64,000 nucleotides of DNA, from the NCBI GenBank assembly GCA_022799355.1, contig JAAWOG010000010.1:5766-69765 (forward strand), written 5' to 3'. This document shows positions 27,675 to 36,727 of the stretch, in pieces. How positions within the stretch are numbered: the stretch's first letter is position 1; every line of letters begins with the position of its first letter. Below the pieces are notes generated by a model, which was given only the letters and a program-made list of their open reading frames with translations, was not told the origin of the DNA and did no database searches. Position numbers and translations under genes: made by a program. This DNA comes from Lachnospiraceae bacterium (lineage in GTDB: Bacteria > Bacillota > Clostridia > Lachnospirales > Lachnospiraceae).

Positions 27675-28347
27675 ACTGAAATTTATGGTATCTGATTCGG
27701 ATCTGGAAAGGATCAGGTATAGGCTTTTACCGCTGATGAAGCAGGATGAGCATCAGGGAATACGTGGATACCGGGTGAGCAGCGTTTATTTTGATGATAT
27801 TTACGATTCTTATTTATCTGAGAATGAAGCGGGGACAGATAACAGGAAAAAGTACAGAATCAGGTTGTATAACGGAGATTCGGAACTTATTCATCTGGAA
27901 AGGAAGTCTAAATATCGTGGAATGACCGGAAAAATGAAGCAGAAACTGACAAGGGAAGAGGGCGAATTTCTGATAGCCGGAAATTTGGAAGGGCTGCATG
28001 ATAAAATGGCATCTGAAGATGATTTTCTGCTCAGAGAAGTTTGCATGGAAATTTTGAGGAAAAAACTGAGAGCAAAATGCATTGTGGAATATGAGCGGTT
28101 TGCTTTTGTGGAGAGTACGGGTAATGTCAGGATAACATTTGACAGGAATGTATCCGGCAGCAGGCAGGTGGAGAGTTTCTTTGAAGAGGATATTGTCCAT
28201 ATGCCGGTTATGCCCAGAGGCTGGCATATACTGGAGATAAAATACGATGAACTTTTGCCGCACTATATTTTGCAGGCGGTCGACACAGGAACCCTGCGCA
28301 GACAGTCCTTTTCAAAATATTGTGCGGTGAGGCGGATTGTCGGGTAG
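27658..28347 (+). CDS. VTC-domain (CYTH/triphosphate-tunnel, polyphosphate-polymerase-like) protein, soluble
   Basis: 229 aa starting MEYRNELKFMV. Alternating basic/acidic beta-strand motifs are typical of tunnel metalloenzymes (YRVSSVYFDD, KYRIRLY, HLERKSKYRGMTGK, ILEIKYDE). The ATG overlaps the end of the CotH gene by 17 nt. Confidence 0.75.
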   Translation: MEYRNELKFMVSDSDLERIRYRLLPLMKQDEHQGIRGYRVSSVYFDDIYDSYLSENEAGTDNRKKYRIRLYNGDSELIHLERKSKYRGMTGKMKQKLTREEGEFLIAGNLEGLHDKMASEDDFLLREVCMEILRKKLRAKCIVEYERFAFVESTGNVRITFDRNVSGSRQVESFFEEDIVHMPVMPRGWHILEIKYDELLPHYILQAVDTGTLRRQSFSKYCAVRRIVG

Positions 28348-28363
28348 AGGGAGTGAGGATATC

Positions 28364-29038
28364 ATGGGCGTTAAGGATGTGATAAAGAAATCGGTGCTGG
28401 AAGGCTTTGCGGCTAACGATATTTCCAATGTGAAAATTATTGTGACGCTGGGAATTTGTTTTCTGATTGCGGCATATATCTATTTTATATACAGATATAT
28501 AACAAAAGCCACGTTTTATGACAGGAATTTTAACGTTGCGATGGCAATGGTTTCAGTTGTTGTTGCGGGGATTATACTTGCGATGCAATCCAATCTGGTT
28601 ATTTCACTGGGAATGGTAGGAGCCCTATCGATTGTGCGCTTCAGGACGGCAATAAAAGAGCCCATGGATCTGTTGTTTTTGTTCTGGTCGATCGGAACCG
28701 GTATTATCTGCGGCGCCGGTTTATACGAACTGGCAATTATCATAGCGCTTGTGGTGACAATTGGAATCCTGCTTTTGCAGATTATACCGATCAATGCAAG
28801 CCCTTATCTGGTAGTTATCAACGCGAAGGATAAAGGGATGGAAGCTGATATTCTGACAATCGTAAAAAAATATTCTCCGCGTTATCGGATTGACTCAAAA
28901 AATATCCGGGCGTCGGGGATGGATCTGATCATAGAGATACGAAGCAAAAGCGGCAGTACGCTTGTAGATGAGTTGTCCGCGATAGAGGGTGTTGCGTCGG
29001 TTTCTTTATTATATCATGATGCACCGGTAAAAAATTAG
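28364..29038 (+). CDS. DUF4956-family membrane protein (4-5 TM plus a small C-terminal soluble domain)
   Basis: The ORF track starts at TTG 28337. ATG 28364 follows an AGGGAGTGAGGA SD. It carries the characteristic block LGMVGALSIVRFRTAIKEPMDLLFLFWSIGTGIICGAG. It lies 17 nt after the VTC stop codon. Confidence 0.75.
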   Translation: MGVKDVIKKSVLEGFAANDISNVKIIVTLGICFLIAAYIYFIYRYITKATFYDRNFNVAMAMVSVVVAGIILAMQSNLVISLGMVGALSIVRFRTAIKEPMDLLFLFWSIGTGIICGAGLYELAIIIALVVTIGILLLQIIPINASPYLVVINAKDKGMEADILTIVKKYSPRYRIDSKNIRASGMDLIIEIRSKSGSTLVDELSAIEGVASVSLLYHDAPVKN

Positions 29039-29083
29039 AGGAGCGGTTTAACGGAATGACGTTGTGAGTAAACACAACGCGCG

Positions 29084-30637
29084 TTGGGATGCCGGAAGCA
29101 TAACTGCCCCTTGCCCATCCTCCACCCCTATGCTAAAATAGAAAACATGAAAATAATGGATATCGGCAAAATAATCAGGGAAAAGGACAAACTGGCGGCG
29201 GTATTGCTGACGGTGTTTTTTGCGTTGCAGATCATCCCGCTTTTATATCTGGGAAGATTCAACCACCCTACTTCCGATGATTTTAAATATGGTACATATT
29301 CTCATACGGCATGGCAGGAGACAGGCTCTCTGGCAGCGGTACTGGAAGCGGCGGCAAAGGGTGTTGCGGAGGATTATCAGACATGGCAGGGAAGTTATTC
29401 GGCACTTTTTCTGATGAGGCTTGAGCCATCCGTGTTCGGAGAGAAGTATTACGGCCTGGTGCCCTTTATTATGCTGGGGCTTTTGAGCATCGGGACATTG
29501 TATTTTCTGAGGACGATGTTTAAGGTCGTGCTGAAATCGGATTCCCTTCATTATATCAGTATATCGATGCTGATCCTGTCTTTCTGCGTGCAGTTTTCAC
29601 CGGTGGCTTCGGAACAGTTTTTCTGGTACAACAGTTCGGTTTACTATAATGCTTTTCATGCGCTGCTTTTATGCTATCTGGGGTGGCTTGTGCGGTTTGG
29701 CTATGGGGGAGGAAAACGGTATATTGTTTATATGGCGTTCGGCGGATTTTGTCTGGGAGGAGGCAACTATGTGACGGCGCTGCTCCTTGTTATGATTCAT
29801 GCTGCGGCGCTGGCTCTTTTGTGGTATTTGAAGAGAAGAAAAGAGTTTTGGGCGATTCTTTTTTTGTGGCTGGAATTTCTGGCATGTTTTGCAGTGAGTG
29901 CGGCCGCGCCGGGAAATGCGATAAGAGGGGCGGAGATAGCCGGGTACGGCGCGGTTTCTTCCATTGTCAGATCTTTGGTGCAGGGAGTGCGGTACTATAT
30001 GGCATGGCTGGACAAGTGGTGGCTGATAGCGGCTTTGATTATGCTGCCGGTGATGCTGGGACTGATCAGGGAGACGTCTTTTCAGTTTCCCCTGCCGGGC
30101 TTTGTGCTGCTGTATCTCTACGGCGCATTCAGCGCCATGTCCTGTCCGACTTTTTATGCCCTTGGAAGCACGGGGCCGGGGCGGATCATCAATATTATCT
30201 ATGACAGTTTTCTGCTGATAAGTTTTGCTCAGTTGTTTTATCTGCTGGGGTATATCTGCCGCAGATGGGAAGAGGCCGTAGCGGACGGGAGAAGGCAGAA
30301 GGAGCGCCTTGGCATTCTTTTTGCCGGATTGTATAACGGAGCCGTTATCATCCTTGCCAGCATGTTGTTATTGTCGGGAGCGATCCTGGATATGACAACG
30401 GTGACGGCGTGCAAGGTCTGGATAAAAGGTGAAGGAAAGCAGTATCATAAGGAGTATATGGAGCGGCTTGCCGTACTGGAGGATGAGAGTGTTGCGGATG
30501 TGGTGTTTGCGCCCTATACGGTGGAACCCGACCTGGTTTTTATTGCGGATGGAACGGAAGATCCGGAGTTTGTCAATAACAGGGAGTGGGCGGATTTTTA
30601 TGGAAAGAATTCGCTGGTGATCCGGGCGGAAGAATAA
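29084..30637 (+). CDS. Polytopic membrane protein, family A (paralog of 19316..20881)
   Basis: 517 aa, collinear with 19316..20881 (RFNHPTSDDFKYG, YQTWQGSYSALF, SEQFFWY, GGGNYVTA, STGPGRIIN, ..NREWADFYGKNSL). The start is uncertain: TTG 29084, or ATG 29147/29156 (MKIMDIGKII..). A TTGCCC-17-TAAAAT promoter-like element lies at 29111-29139. Confidence 0.6.
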   Translation: MGCRKHNCPLPILHPYAKIENMKIMDIGKIIREKDKLAAVLLTVFFALQIIPLLYLGRFNHPTSDDFKYGTYSHTAWQETGSLAAVLEAAAKGVAEDYQTWQGSYSALFLMRLEPSVFGEKYYGLVPFIMLGLLSIGTLYFLRTMFKVVLKSDSLHYISISMLILSFCVQFSPVASEQFFWYNSSVYYNAFHALLLCYLGWLVRFGYGGGKRYIVYMAFGGFCLGGGNYVTALLLVMIHAAALALLWYLKRRKEFWAILFLWLEFLACFAVSAAAPGNAIRGAEIAGYGAVSSIVRSLVQGVRYYMAWLDKWWLIAALIMLPVMLGLIRETSFQFPLPGFVLLYLYGAFSAMSCPTFYALGSTGPGRIINIIYDSFLLISFAQLFYLLGYICRRWEEAVADGRRQKERLGILFAGLYNGAVIILASMLLLSGAILDMTTVTACKVWIKGEGKQYHKEYMERLAVLEDESVADVVFAPYTVEPDLVFIADGTEDPEFVNNREWADFYGKNSLVIRAEE

Positions 30638-30674
30638 CTATGTTGTTTGGGGATTTTGAGAGGATTGAACTTTT

Positions 30675-32990
30675 TTGACAGGAAATAAACAGAGAAGCAA
30701 ACATAATAAAATAACAGTGATTCTGGCAGTTCAGTTTGTTGTATTATTTATTTTGGGATGGCAGCTTGCAAACAAAGGCCAGGAATACGCGCTGGAGATG
30801 ACGCCGGTATCACGGATGGAGGAAACAGGAGAAAGGATTGACTATATAAGTCAAAATATATCTCTCGAAACCGGCTCTTACCGGGTGCTTGTGGATTATG
30901 CGGCATCTTCGGATATGACGAATGCGGTCGATATACTTTCTGCAGACGCCGGATATGGAGGGTTAAAGACAAATACAACGCCTCTGTATGCGGGGGAGAG
31001 GCAGACTTCTTATCTGTTCTGGCTGAAGGGCTCGGTTTCTGATCTCCAGGTGAAAGTAACGGCAGGGGAAGAGGGAAGTCTTGATGTTTCCGGCGGAAGG
31101 CTGGTGCGGACAAACCATTTGGAACGCCAAAGGCTATTGTGTGTATTATTGTTTTTCCTGATTTTGGATGTGCTGCTTTACCTGCTTTCCGAATGGAACC
31201 GGGCGGAAATAAAGAAAAAGCGAGATGCAGGGATGACGGCGGTTTTATTGGCCGGTATTATCCTTGGGGTTTCCCTACCGCTTTTTACGGACTATCTGCT
31301 GACGGGAGCGGATATGACATTCCATTTGCTCCGCATAGAGGGAGTGAAGGATGCTCTGGCATCAGGGCAGTTTCCGGTACGTATTCAGCCGAACTGGCTG
31401 CAGGGACACGGTTATGCGGTGGGCATATTTTACTGTGATCTGTTTTTGTATCTGCCCGCATTTTTGCGTATCATGGGTTTTACCGTGCAGACGGCATACC
31501 AATGTTACAAATTGTCCGTGAATATTGCGACCTGCCTGATCTCCTGGTACAGTTTTCGGAAAATGTTCCGAAGCAATAAAATAGGAGTATTTGGGAGCTT
31601 TCTATATACTTTTTATATTACGAGGCTGGTATTCCTGTATGCAGTAGACGGTGTGGGGCAGTATACGGCAATGACGTTTTTACCTCTTGTGGTTTATGGC
31701 TTTTACCGGATACTGACGGAGGATCAGAACAAACCGGAGGAAAAGTACGGCTATATACCGCTTGCGCTTGGGATTTCAGGCGTTTTGTGCAGCCATGTGC
31801 TGAGCTGTGAGCTTCTGTTGTTTTTTATATTGCTTCTCTGTGTAGTCTGCATCAAAAGAATATGCAGGAGGGAGGTATTCCTGCAGCTTTGCAGGGCGGC
31901 GGCAGTGACGATACTGCTGAATCTGTGGTATCTGGTTCCTTTTCTGGAATATATGCTTGGCACGGACCTTGCGGTGACAAAGGGCGGCGCAGCGTATAAA
32001 CAGATTCAAACCTGGGGAATGTATATACCACAGTTGTTTGAGCCCTTCCCTTCGGGCGGACTGGACGGAGCAAGGCAGGCGCAGAGCGGCATGATAGGTG
32101 AGACCGGGTACGGGATCGGACTTGGACTTGGACTGGGGCTTCTGCTGATTGCTTTTCTGTTGACGGTGGTCAAAAGTGTTCCTGAGAAGATGCCGGGAGG
32201 AGAAAACCGGCAGGGGATTTTTTGGAAAGCTGGAAAAACGGTTCTCGGTTTCGGGCTGTTGTCCATGTGGATGGGGACCATCTATTTTCCCTGGGACAGG
32301 CTGGCGAAGTGGGGCGGTGTTTTGCGGCAGCTTATTGCAACCCTGCAGTTTCCCTATCGTATGCTGACTTTCAGCGGCGTCTTTCTTGTGGCGGCATGCT
32401 GCTTTGCAGTATGTGACCTGAACGGTATGAAGGCGGCAGGAAGGCTGAGGCCCGTACTGTTTTATGGGATAGTGTTTACGATCGGCATAGGGCACCTGCT
32501 GACAGCCGCATATTTTAACAATACCGCATTTGCCAAAAGCGGCGGGTTTTTCCGTCTGTACGACGAGACGGCAATGGGAAACAGTTATATTTCCGGCGGA
32601 GAATATATACTGCTTGGCACGGACACCGGGAAGCTGACTTATAAAGGGCCTGTCTGCAGTGAGAAAATCGCGCTGAACAGTTATGAGAAAGAGGGCTGTT
32701 ATGTAAGGATCGATTGTGACTGCGGTGCCGATGGGCAATATATTGAACTGCCGCTGTTATATTATAAAGGGTATAGGGCAAAAGAGAGCGGCGGTGAGAC
32801 ATTGCAGGTGGTTTGCGGTGAAAACAATGTGGTGAGGGTGCTGGTTCCTTCGGGCTTTCAGGGGATCATTGAGGTAGATTTTGCCGGTTTCTGGTATTGG
32901 AGAGCGGCGGAACTGATCTCTTTTGGAACGTTGTGCCTGATCGTGTTACCGACCATCCGAAAGCATTTTCGGAGAGGCAGAATAAGTTAG
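30675..32990 (+). CDS. YfhO-like GT-C membrane glycosyltransferase (family B; paralog of 61777..>64000)
   Basis: 771 aa. An N-terminal anchor is followed by an extracytoplasmic domain of about 120 aa. The core starts GADMTFHLLRIEGVKDALASGQFPVRIQPNWLQGHGYAVGIFYCDLFLYLPAFLRIMGF and has at least 12 TM segments. The C-terminal domain has the YfhO-like ELPLLYYKGYRA block. Confidence 0.65.
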   Translation: MTGNKQRSKHNKITVILAVQFVVLFILGWQLANKGQEYALEMTPVSRMEETGERIDYISQNISLETGSYRVLVDYAASSDMTNAVDILSADAGYGGLKTNTTPLYAGERQTSYLFWLKGSVSDLQVKVTAGEEGSLDVSGGRLVRTNHLERQRLLCVLLFFLILDVLLYLLSEWNRAEIKKKRDAGMTAVLLAGIILGVSLPLFTDYLLTGADMTFHLLRIEGVKDALASGQFPVRIQPNWLQGHGYAVGIFYCDLFLYLPAFLRIMGFTVQTAYQCYKLSVNIATCLISWYSFRKMFRSNKIGVFGSFLYTFYITRLVFLYAVDGVGQYTAMTFLPLVVYGFYRILTEDQNKPEEKYGYIPLALGISGVLCSHVLSCELLLFFILLLCVVCIKRICRREVFLQLCRAAAVTILLNLWYLVPFLEYMLGTDLAVTKGGAAYKQIQTWGMYIPQLFEPFPSGGLDGARQAQSGMIGETGYGIGLGLGLGLLLIAFLLTVVKSVPEKMPGGENRQGIFWKAGKTVLGFGLLSMWMGTIYFPWDRLAKWGGVLRQLIATLQFPYRMLTFSGVFLVAACCFAVCDLNGMKAAGRLRPVLFYGIVFTIGIGHLLTAAYFNNTAFAKSGGFFRLYDETAMGNSYISGGEYILLGTDTGKLTYKGPVCSEKIALNSYEKEGCYVRIDCDCGADGQYIELPLLYYKGYRAKESGGETLQVVCGENNVVRVLVPSGFQGIIEVDFAGFWYWRAAELISFGTLCLIVLPTIRKHFRRGRIS

Positions 32991-33133
32991 CATATAAACT
33001 TTTTGTAAAATTTCCGCATCCCAAATAAGAGAAACAGATTTCCGGAAAATTTGTTTGGAGAAAAAGCGATAACAAAGCGATCCCGCAGCAGCCTGGCAGG
33101 GGTTGAATGGATATAAAAGAAACGGAGGCAGAC

Positions 33134-34135
33134 ATGTTAAACAATAAAACAATTTTGATCACCGGAGGAACCGGGACTTTTGGAAAAGCTTTTGTAAGTT
33201 ATGTGTTAGAGCATTATGAGTCGAAAAAGCTGATCATCTATTCCAGGGATGAGTTCAAACAGTTTCTGATGAAGAATGAATTTCAGAAATATGCGGACAA
33301 ACTGCGCTTTTTTATCGGCGATGTGCGGGATAAAGAGCGGCTTGAGAGGGCGTTTGAGGATGTGGACTATGTGATTCATGCGGCGGCGATGAAGCAGGTG
33401 CCCGCCTGTGAGTATAACCCTGATGAGGCTATCAAGACCAATATCCACGGCGCCCAGAATGTGACGGCGGCGGCGTTGGATGCAGGCGTGAAAAAGGTGG
33501 TGGCGTTATCTACGGATAAGGCGGTGAATCCTGTGAATCTGTACGGTGGGACAAAGTTGGTATCGGACAAGCTGTTTATTGCGGCGAACGCCTATGCGGG
33601 GAAAAAGGAAACCTGCTTTTCCATAGTCCGTTACGGCAACGTGGCGGGCAGCAGGGGTTCCGTGATCCCGTTTTTTAAGAATATTCTGGACAATGGGGGA
33701 ACGGAACTGCCGATCACGGATTACCGCATGACTCGTTTCTGGATCAGTATCACACAGGGCGTGGAACTGGTGATCAAGGCGCTGGAAGAGGCAAACGGCG
33801 GCGAGACCTTTATTTCAAAAATTCCTTCCTTTAAGATTACGGATCTGGCGGAGGCGATGCTGCCGGGATGTAAGATGCCTGAGGTGGGGATCAGGGAAGG
33901 CGAAAAGCTGCATGAGATCATGGTGACGGAGGAGGATGCGCCCAACACCTATGAGTATGATAAACATTTTATTATTTTCCCGCAGATGGTCTGGAATAAC
34001 CGGCAGATGCCCAATCCGAACGGACTCGGGAAGAAAGTGCCGGAGAGATTTTCTTACAGTTCGGGCAACAATGAGCAGTGGCTGTCGGTGGAGGAGATTC
34101 GTGAACTTCTGCAGCATCTGGAGCTGGAACACTGA
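33134..34135 (+). CDS. pseB: UDP-GlcNAc 4,6-dehydratase (inverting), PseB/FlaA1 type
   Basis: The ORF track starts at 33107. ATG 33134 follows a GGAGG SD. MLNNKTILITGGTGTFGKAFV, IIYSRDEFKQ, FFIGDVRD, HAAAMKQVPACEYNPDEAIKTNIHGAQNV, ALSTDKAVNPVNLYGGTKLVSDKLF, VRYGNVAGSRGSVIPFF, MTRFWI, GEKLHEIM. Confidence 0.8.
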   Translation: MLNNKTILITGGTGTFGKAFVSYVLEHYESKKLIIYSRDEFKQFLMKNEFQKYADKLRFFIGDVRDKERLERAFEDVDYVIHAAAMKQVPACEYNPDEAIKTNIHGAQNVTAAALDAGVKKVVALSTDKAVNPVNLYGGTKLVSDKLFIAANAYAGKKETCFSIVRYGNVAGSRGSVIPFFKNILDNGGTELPITDYRMTRFWISITQGVELVIKALEEANGGETFISKIPSFKITDLAEAMLPGCKMPEVGIREGEKLHEIMVTEEDAPNTYEYDKHFIIFPQMVWNNRQMPNPNGLGKKVPERFSYSSGNNEQWLSVEEIRELLQHLELEH

Positions 34136-34137
34136 GT

Positions 34138-35379
34138 ATGCCTAAGATGGATCAAAACAGGAGAGCAAACTATATAACGTGCCTTGTTTTTGCGGCATGC
34201 CTGATCGGGTATTCTGTGCTGATGTACCGGCTGTTTTACCTGCAGGCTGTCCACTGCGGAACGAGAGAGCTGTATTTTTCCGATATCAAAGCTTATCTGG
34301 AGACGATTCTGGGTGTGGAGTGTGATTATGATTTTCCTTATCCGGTCTTTTTCTGGCTGGGGAGGTTTTTTCTGCGTTTTGTGAATGTGGCGGTGGCGGC
34401 TTCTCTGGCAGCTTCTTTGCTTAACTCATTGGGGATTGCCGTACTGTTTTACTATATGAACCGATCCATGGGGATATATGACAGGGAGAAGGGATTTTGC
34501 GGATATCGGGGACTTTTTTCAACGTTTTTGACATTCGGCATGTTTTTTGTTTCCATGCTGTACCTGCCGGGGCGAATACATCTGCCGGGTATCACAAACA
34601 GCTATCTTGGCGTCTTTACACCGAATCCGTATCACAATATCACTTATATGGCAACCAGGCCCTTTGCGATTCTGGCGTTTTTCCTCTATGTCAGGATTCT
34701 GGACTATTATGAGGAGAGAACGGATGCCGTGGAGTTTATCTGGTTTGGTCTTAGTCTTTTGCTGACGACTATGACAAAGCCCAGCTATACGCTGATACTG
34801 GTGTCTACGGCGGGGCTTGTTATGCTGTATCGGTTGTTCCGGCAAAAATGGAAGAATTTTAAACGTTCCTTTTATCTGGGACTTGCGTTTGTTCCCACAT
34901 TTATCGATCTGCTTTATCAGTTTGGCGGCGTGTTCGGGGAACATTCTCAGGCGGGTGAAATGGGCGGGATCGGATTCGGGATCGGCTCGGTGTGGAAGCT
35001 TTACACGAATAATATTCCGCTGGCGGTGCTGCTGGCGTTGGGGTTTCCTCTTTTGGTCCTTGCGTTTCATTTGAAGGAGATAAAGGCAAATACATTGTAC
35101 CGTTTTTCCTGGGCACAATTGGTTGTCAGCGCGCTGGAGTTGTTTTTGCTCTATGAGAACGGGCGGCGGTTTTCGGATGCGAACTTTTCCTGGGGATATA
35201 TGCACGGGCTCTTTTTTGTTTTTGTGACAAGCCTGATATTGCTGGCGGAAGATACGATGGAAAAGCGCGGAAAGAAATGGGCTTTGTGTATACAATGGGC
35301 TTTATACGGGATGCATCTGGCTTGCGGGATAGGGTATTTTCTGTATATCTGGGGCGGAAACGGTTTTCATGAGTTTTAA
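34138..35379 (+). CDS. Polytopic membrane protein, family C (tandem paralog of 35414..36676); function unknown
   Basis: 413 aa with at least 10 TM segments. Blocks shared with the neighbour are PNPYHNITYMATRPF / IWHNSTYIAMKMM, TMTKPSYTLILV / TAIKPSFLLVFA, and GRRFSDANFSWGYMHGLFFVF / GSRAGDGNFMWGYSFAILMIF. Confidence 0.55.
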   Translation: MPKMDQNRRANYITCLVFAACLIGYSVLMYRLFYLQAVHCGTRELYFSDIKAYLETILGVECDYDFPYPVFFWLGRFFLRFVNVAVAASLAASLLNSLGIAVLFYYMNRSMGIYDREKGFCGYRGLFSTFLTFGMFFVSMLYLPGRIHLPGITNSYLGVFTPNPYHNITYMATRPFAILAFFLYVRILDYYEERTDAVEFIWFGLSLLLTTMTKPSYTLILVSTAGLVMLYRLFRQKWKNFKRSFYLGLAFVPTFIDLLYQFGGVFGEHSQAGEMGGIGFGIGSVWKLYTNNIPLAVLLALGFPLLVLAFHLKEIKANTLYRFSWAQLVVSALELFLLYENGRRFSDANFSWGYMHGLFFVFVTSLILLAEDTMEKRGKKWALCIQWALYGMHLACGIGYFLYIWGGNGFHEF

Positions 35380-35413
35380 GGGCGAAAGCGGGAAAACAAA
35401 TATTTGAGGGAAT

Positions 35414-36676
35414 ATGGATCGATATAAAAAGTATTGTAATGCGAAGGGAATACTGCACATCCTTATTTTTGCTTACGGTCTCAGTATGGTGTTTTTATTT
35501 TATAAACAGACCGGATGGAGCGGCGGTGCCGTGTATGAATCGGATCTGCCGGTGCACATCAGGATGATCGTGGAGGACGGGTGGTATTACAGCCTGACGG
35601 CGTTTGTCTATAAAGCGTTTTATTCGGTGCCGGTCACGCTGCCCGGGGGAGCGGTTTTCGGGGACGCTGCGGTGGCGGTTTTCCTTGCACTCTGCGGTGT
35701 GGCATCGGTGTATCTGACGGCGGTGCTGCTGCGGGATATGGAGAAGGCGCCTGCAGCCGGAGAAAAGGGTGTGCCGTTGGAGCTTACCGCATGGCATTTG
35801 CTGGGCGGGCTGATCCTGAATCTGGTGATGCCCTGTTATGTGAGGGGGATTGCGGATGGCAGATATATCGGTATGGAATCAGCGTCTATCTGGCATAATT
35901 CAACTTATATTGCGATGAAAATGATGGGGCTGCTCTGCGTAATTTATTGCGGGCGACTCGCGAAAAAATACAGGGATGGGATAACAGGGAGAGAATGGCT
36001 GCTGTTTACGGGATATCTTTCCATCTGCACGGCGATAAAACCCAGTTTTTTGCTGGTGTTTGCCCCTGCGATGGCAGTATTTTTGCTGATCGATTTTTTG
36101 GATGGCCTGGGGCGGAAGTTATCCTTTAAAGCGGTATTTGGGAGAGCGTTTGTGTTCGGTTCCGTAGTATTTTTACCGCTGTTTGTGGTACTGTTTCAGA
36201 ATATGGTCTTATTTGGCTCGGATACCGGAAACGGATGGGAGGTACGTCCGGGATACGCGCTGTCCCTGCACAGCGGTTATCCGCATCTTTCAGCGATATT
36301 TTCGATTCTTTTTCCTCTTGCCATACTCGCGGCTTTTCTGAGAGAACTTTGGGATGACAGATGGTTTTCGGGAGCGTGGCTGATGGCGCTTATCGGCTTT
36401 CTGGAAGTATTCCTGTTCACGGAGACGGGCAGCAGGGCAGGGGACGGAAATTTTATGTGGGGTTACAGCTTCGCGATACTGATGATTTTTGCGGCAGCCC
36501 TGGTAAAATGGGCGCAGTTCGGAAAGAAGGTATTAAAAAAAGAATATCGCGCGGGGCATTTTTTCAGGACAGGATTTTTCGTCGGTTCAGGTTTGATACT
36601 TGGATGGCACCTGTACTGTGGGGTATATTTTTATATGAATTTACTTAGAGGCGTTTCCTATTACATGTGGGATTAA
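35414..36676 (+). CDS. Polytopic membrane protein, family C (tandem paralog of 34138..35379); function unknown
   Basis: 420 aa, collinear with the upstream gene (see the shared blocks there). Confidence 0.55.
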   Translation: MDRYKKYCNAKGILHILIFAYGLSMVFLFYKQTGWSGGAVYESDLPVHIRMIVEDGWYYSLTAFVYKAFYSVPVTLPGGAVFGDAAVAVFLALCGVASVYLTAVLLRDMEKAPAAGEKGVPLELTAWHLLGGLILNLVMPCYVRGIADGRYIGMESASIWHNSTYIAMKMMGLLCVIYCGRLAKKYRDGITGREWLLFTGYLSICTAIKPSFLLVFAPAMAVFLLIDFLDGLGRKLSFKAVFGRAFVFGSVVFLPLFVVLFQNMVLFGSDTGNGWEVRPGYALSLHSGYPHLSAIFSILFPLAILAAFLRELWDDRWFSGAWLMALIGFLEVFLFTETGSRAGDGNFMWGYSFAILMIFAAALVKWAQFGKKVLKKEYRAGHFFRTGFFVGSGLILGWHLYCGVYFYMNLLRGVSYYMWD

Positions 36677-36727
36677 GGACAGGAAGGCATCGAACGAAAC
36701 AAAATAAATACGGTAAAAGGAACAAAT

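Noticed and set aside
29671-30204. 177-aa alternative-frame plus-strand ORF inside 29084..30637
   Set aside because: The product is Gly/Arg/Cys-rich and out of frame. The annotated frame is supported by collinear paralogy with 19316..20881.
31776-32738. 320-aa minus-strand ORF inside the YfhO-like gene
   Set aside because: It is an antisense shadow in GC-rich coding DNA, with a Pro/Arg/Gln-rich product and no motifs. The plus-strand protein has coherent TM architecture and a paralog.
34519-35295. 258-aa minus-strand ORF, plus overlapping 71-110-aa ORFs on both strands
   Set aside because: These are shadows of the family C membrane gene 34138..35379. The products are basic and low-complexity (..KKEPVHISPGKVRIRKPPPVLIEQKQ..).
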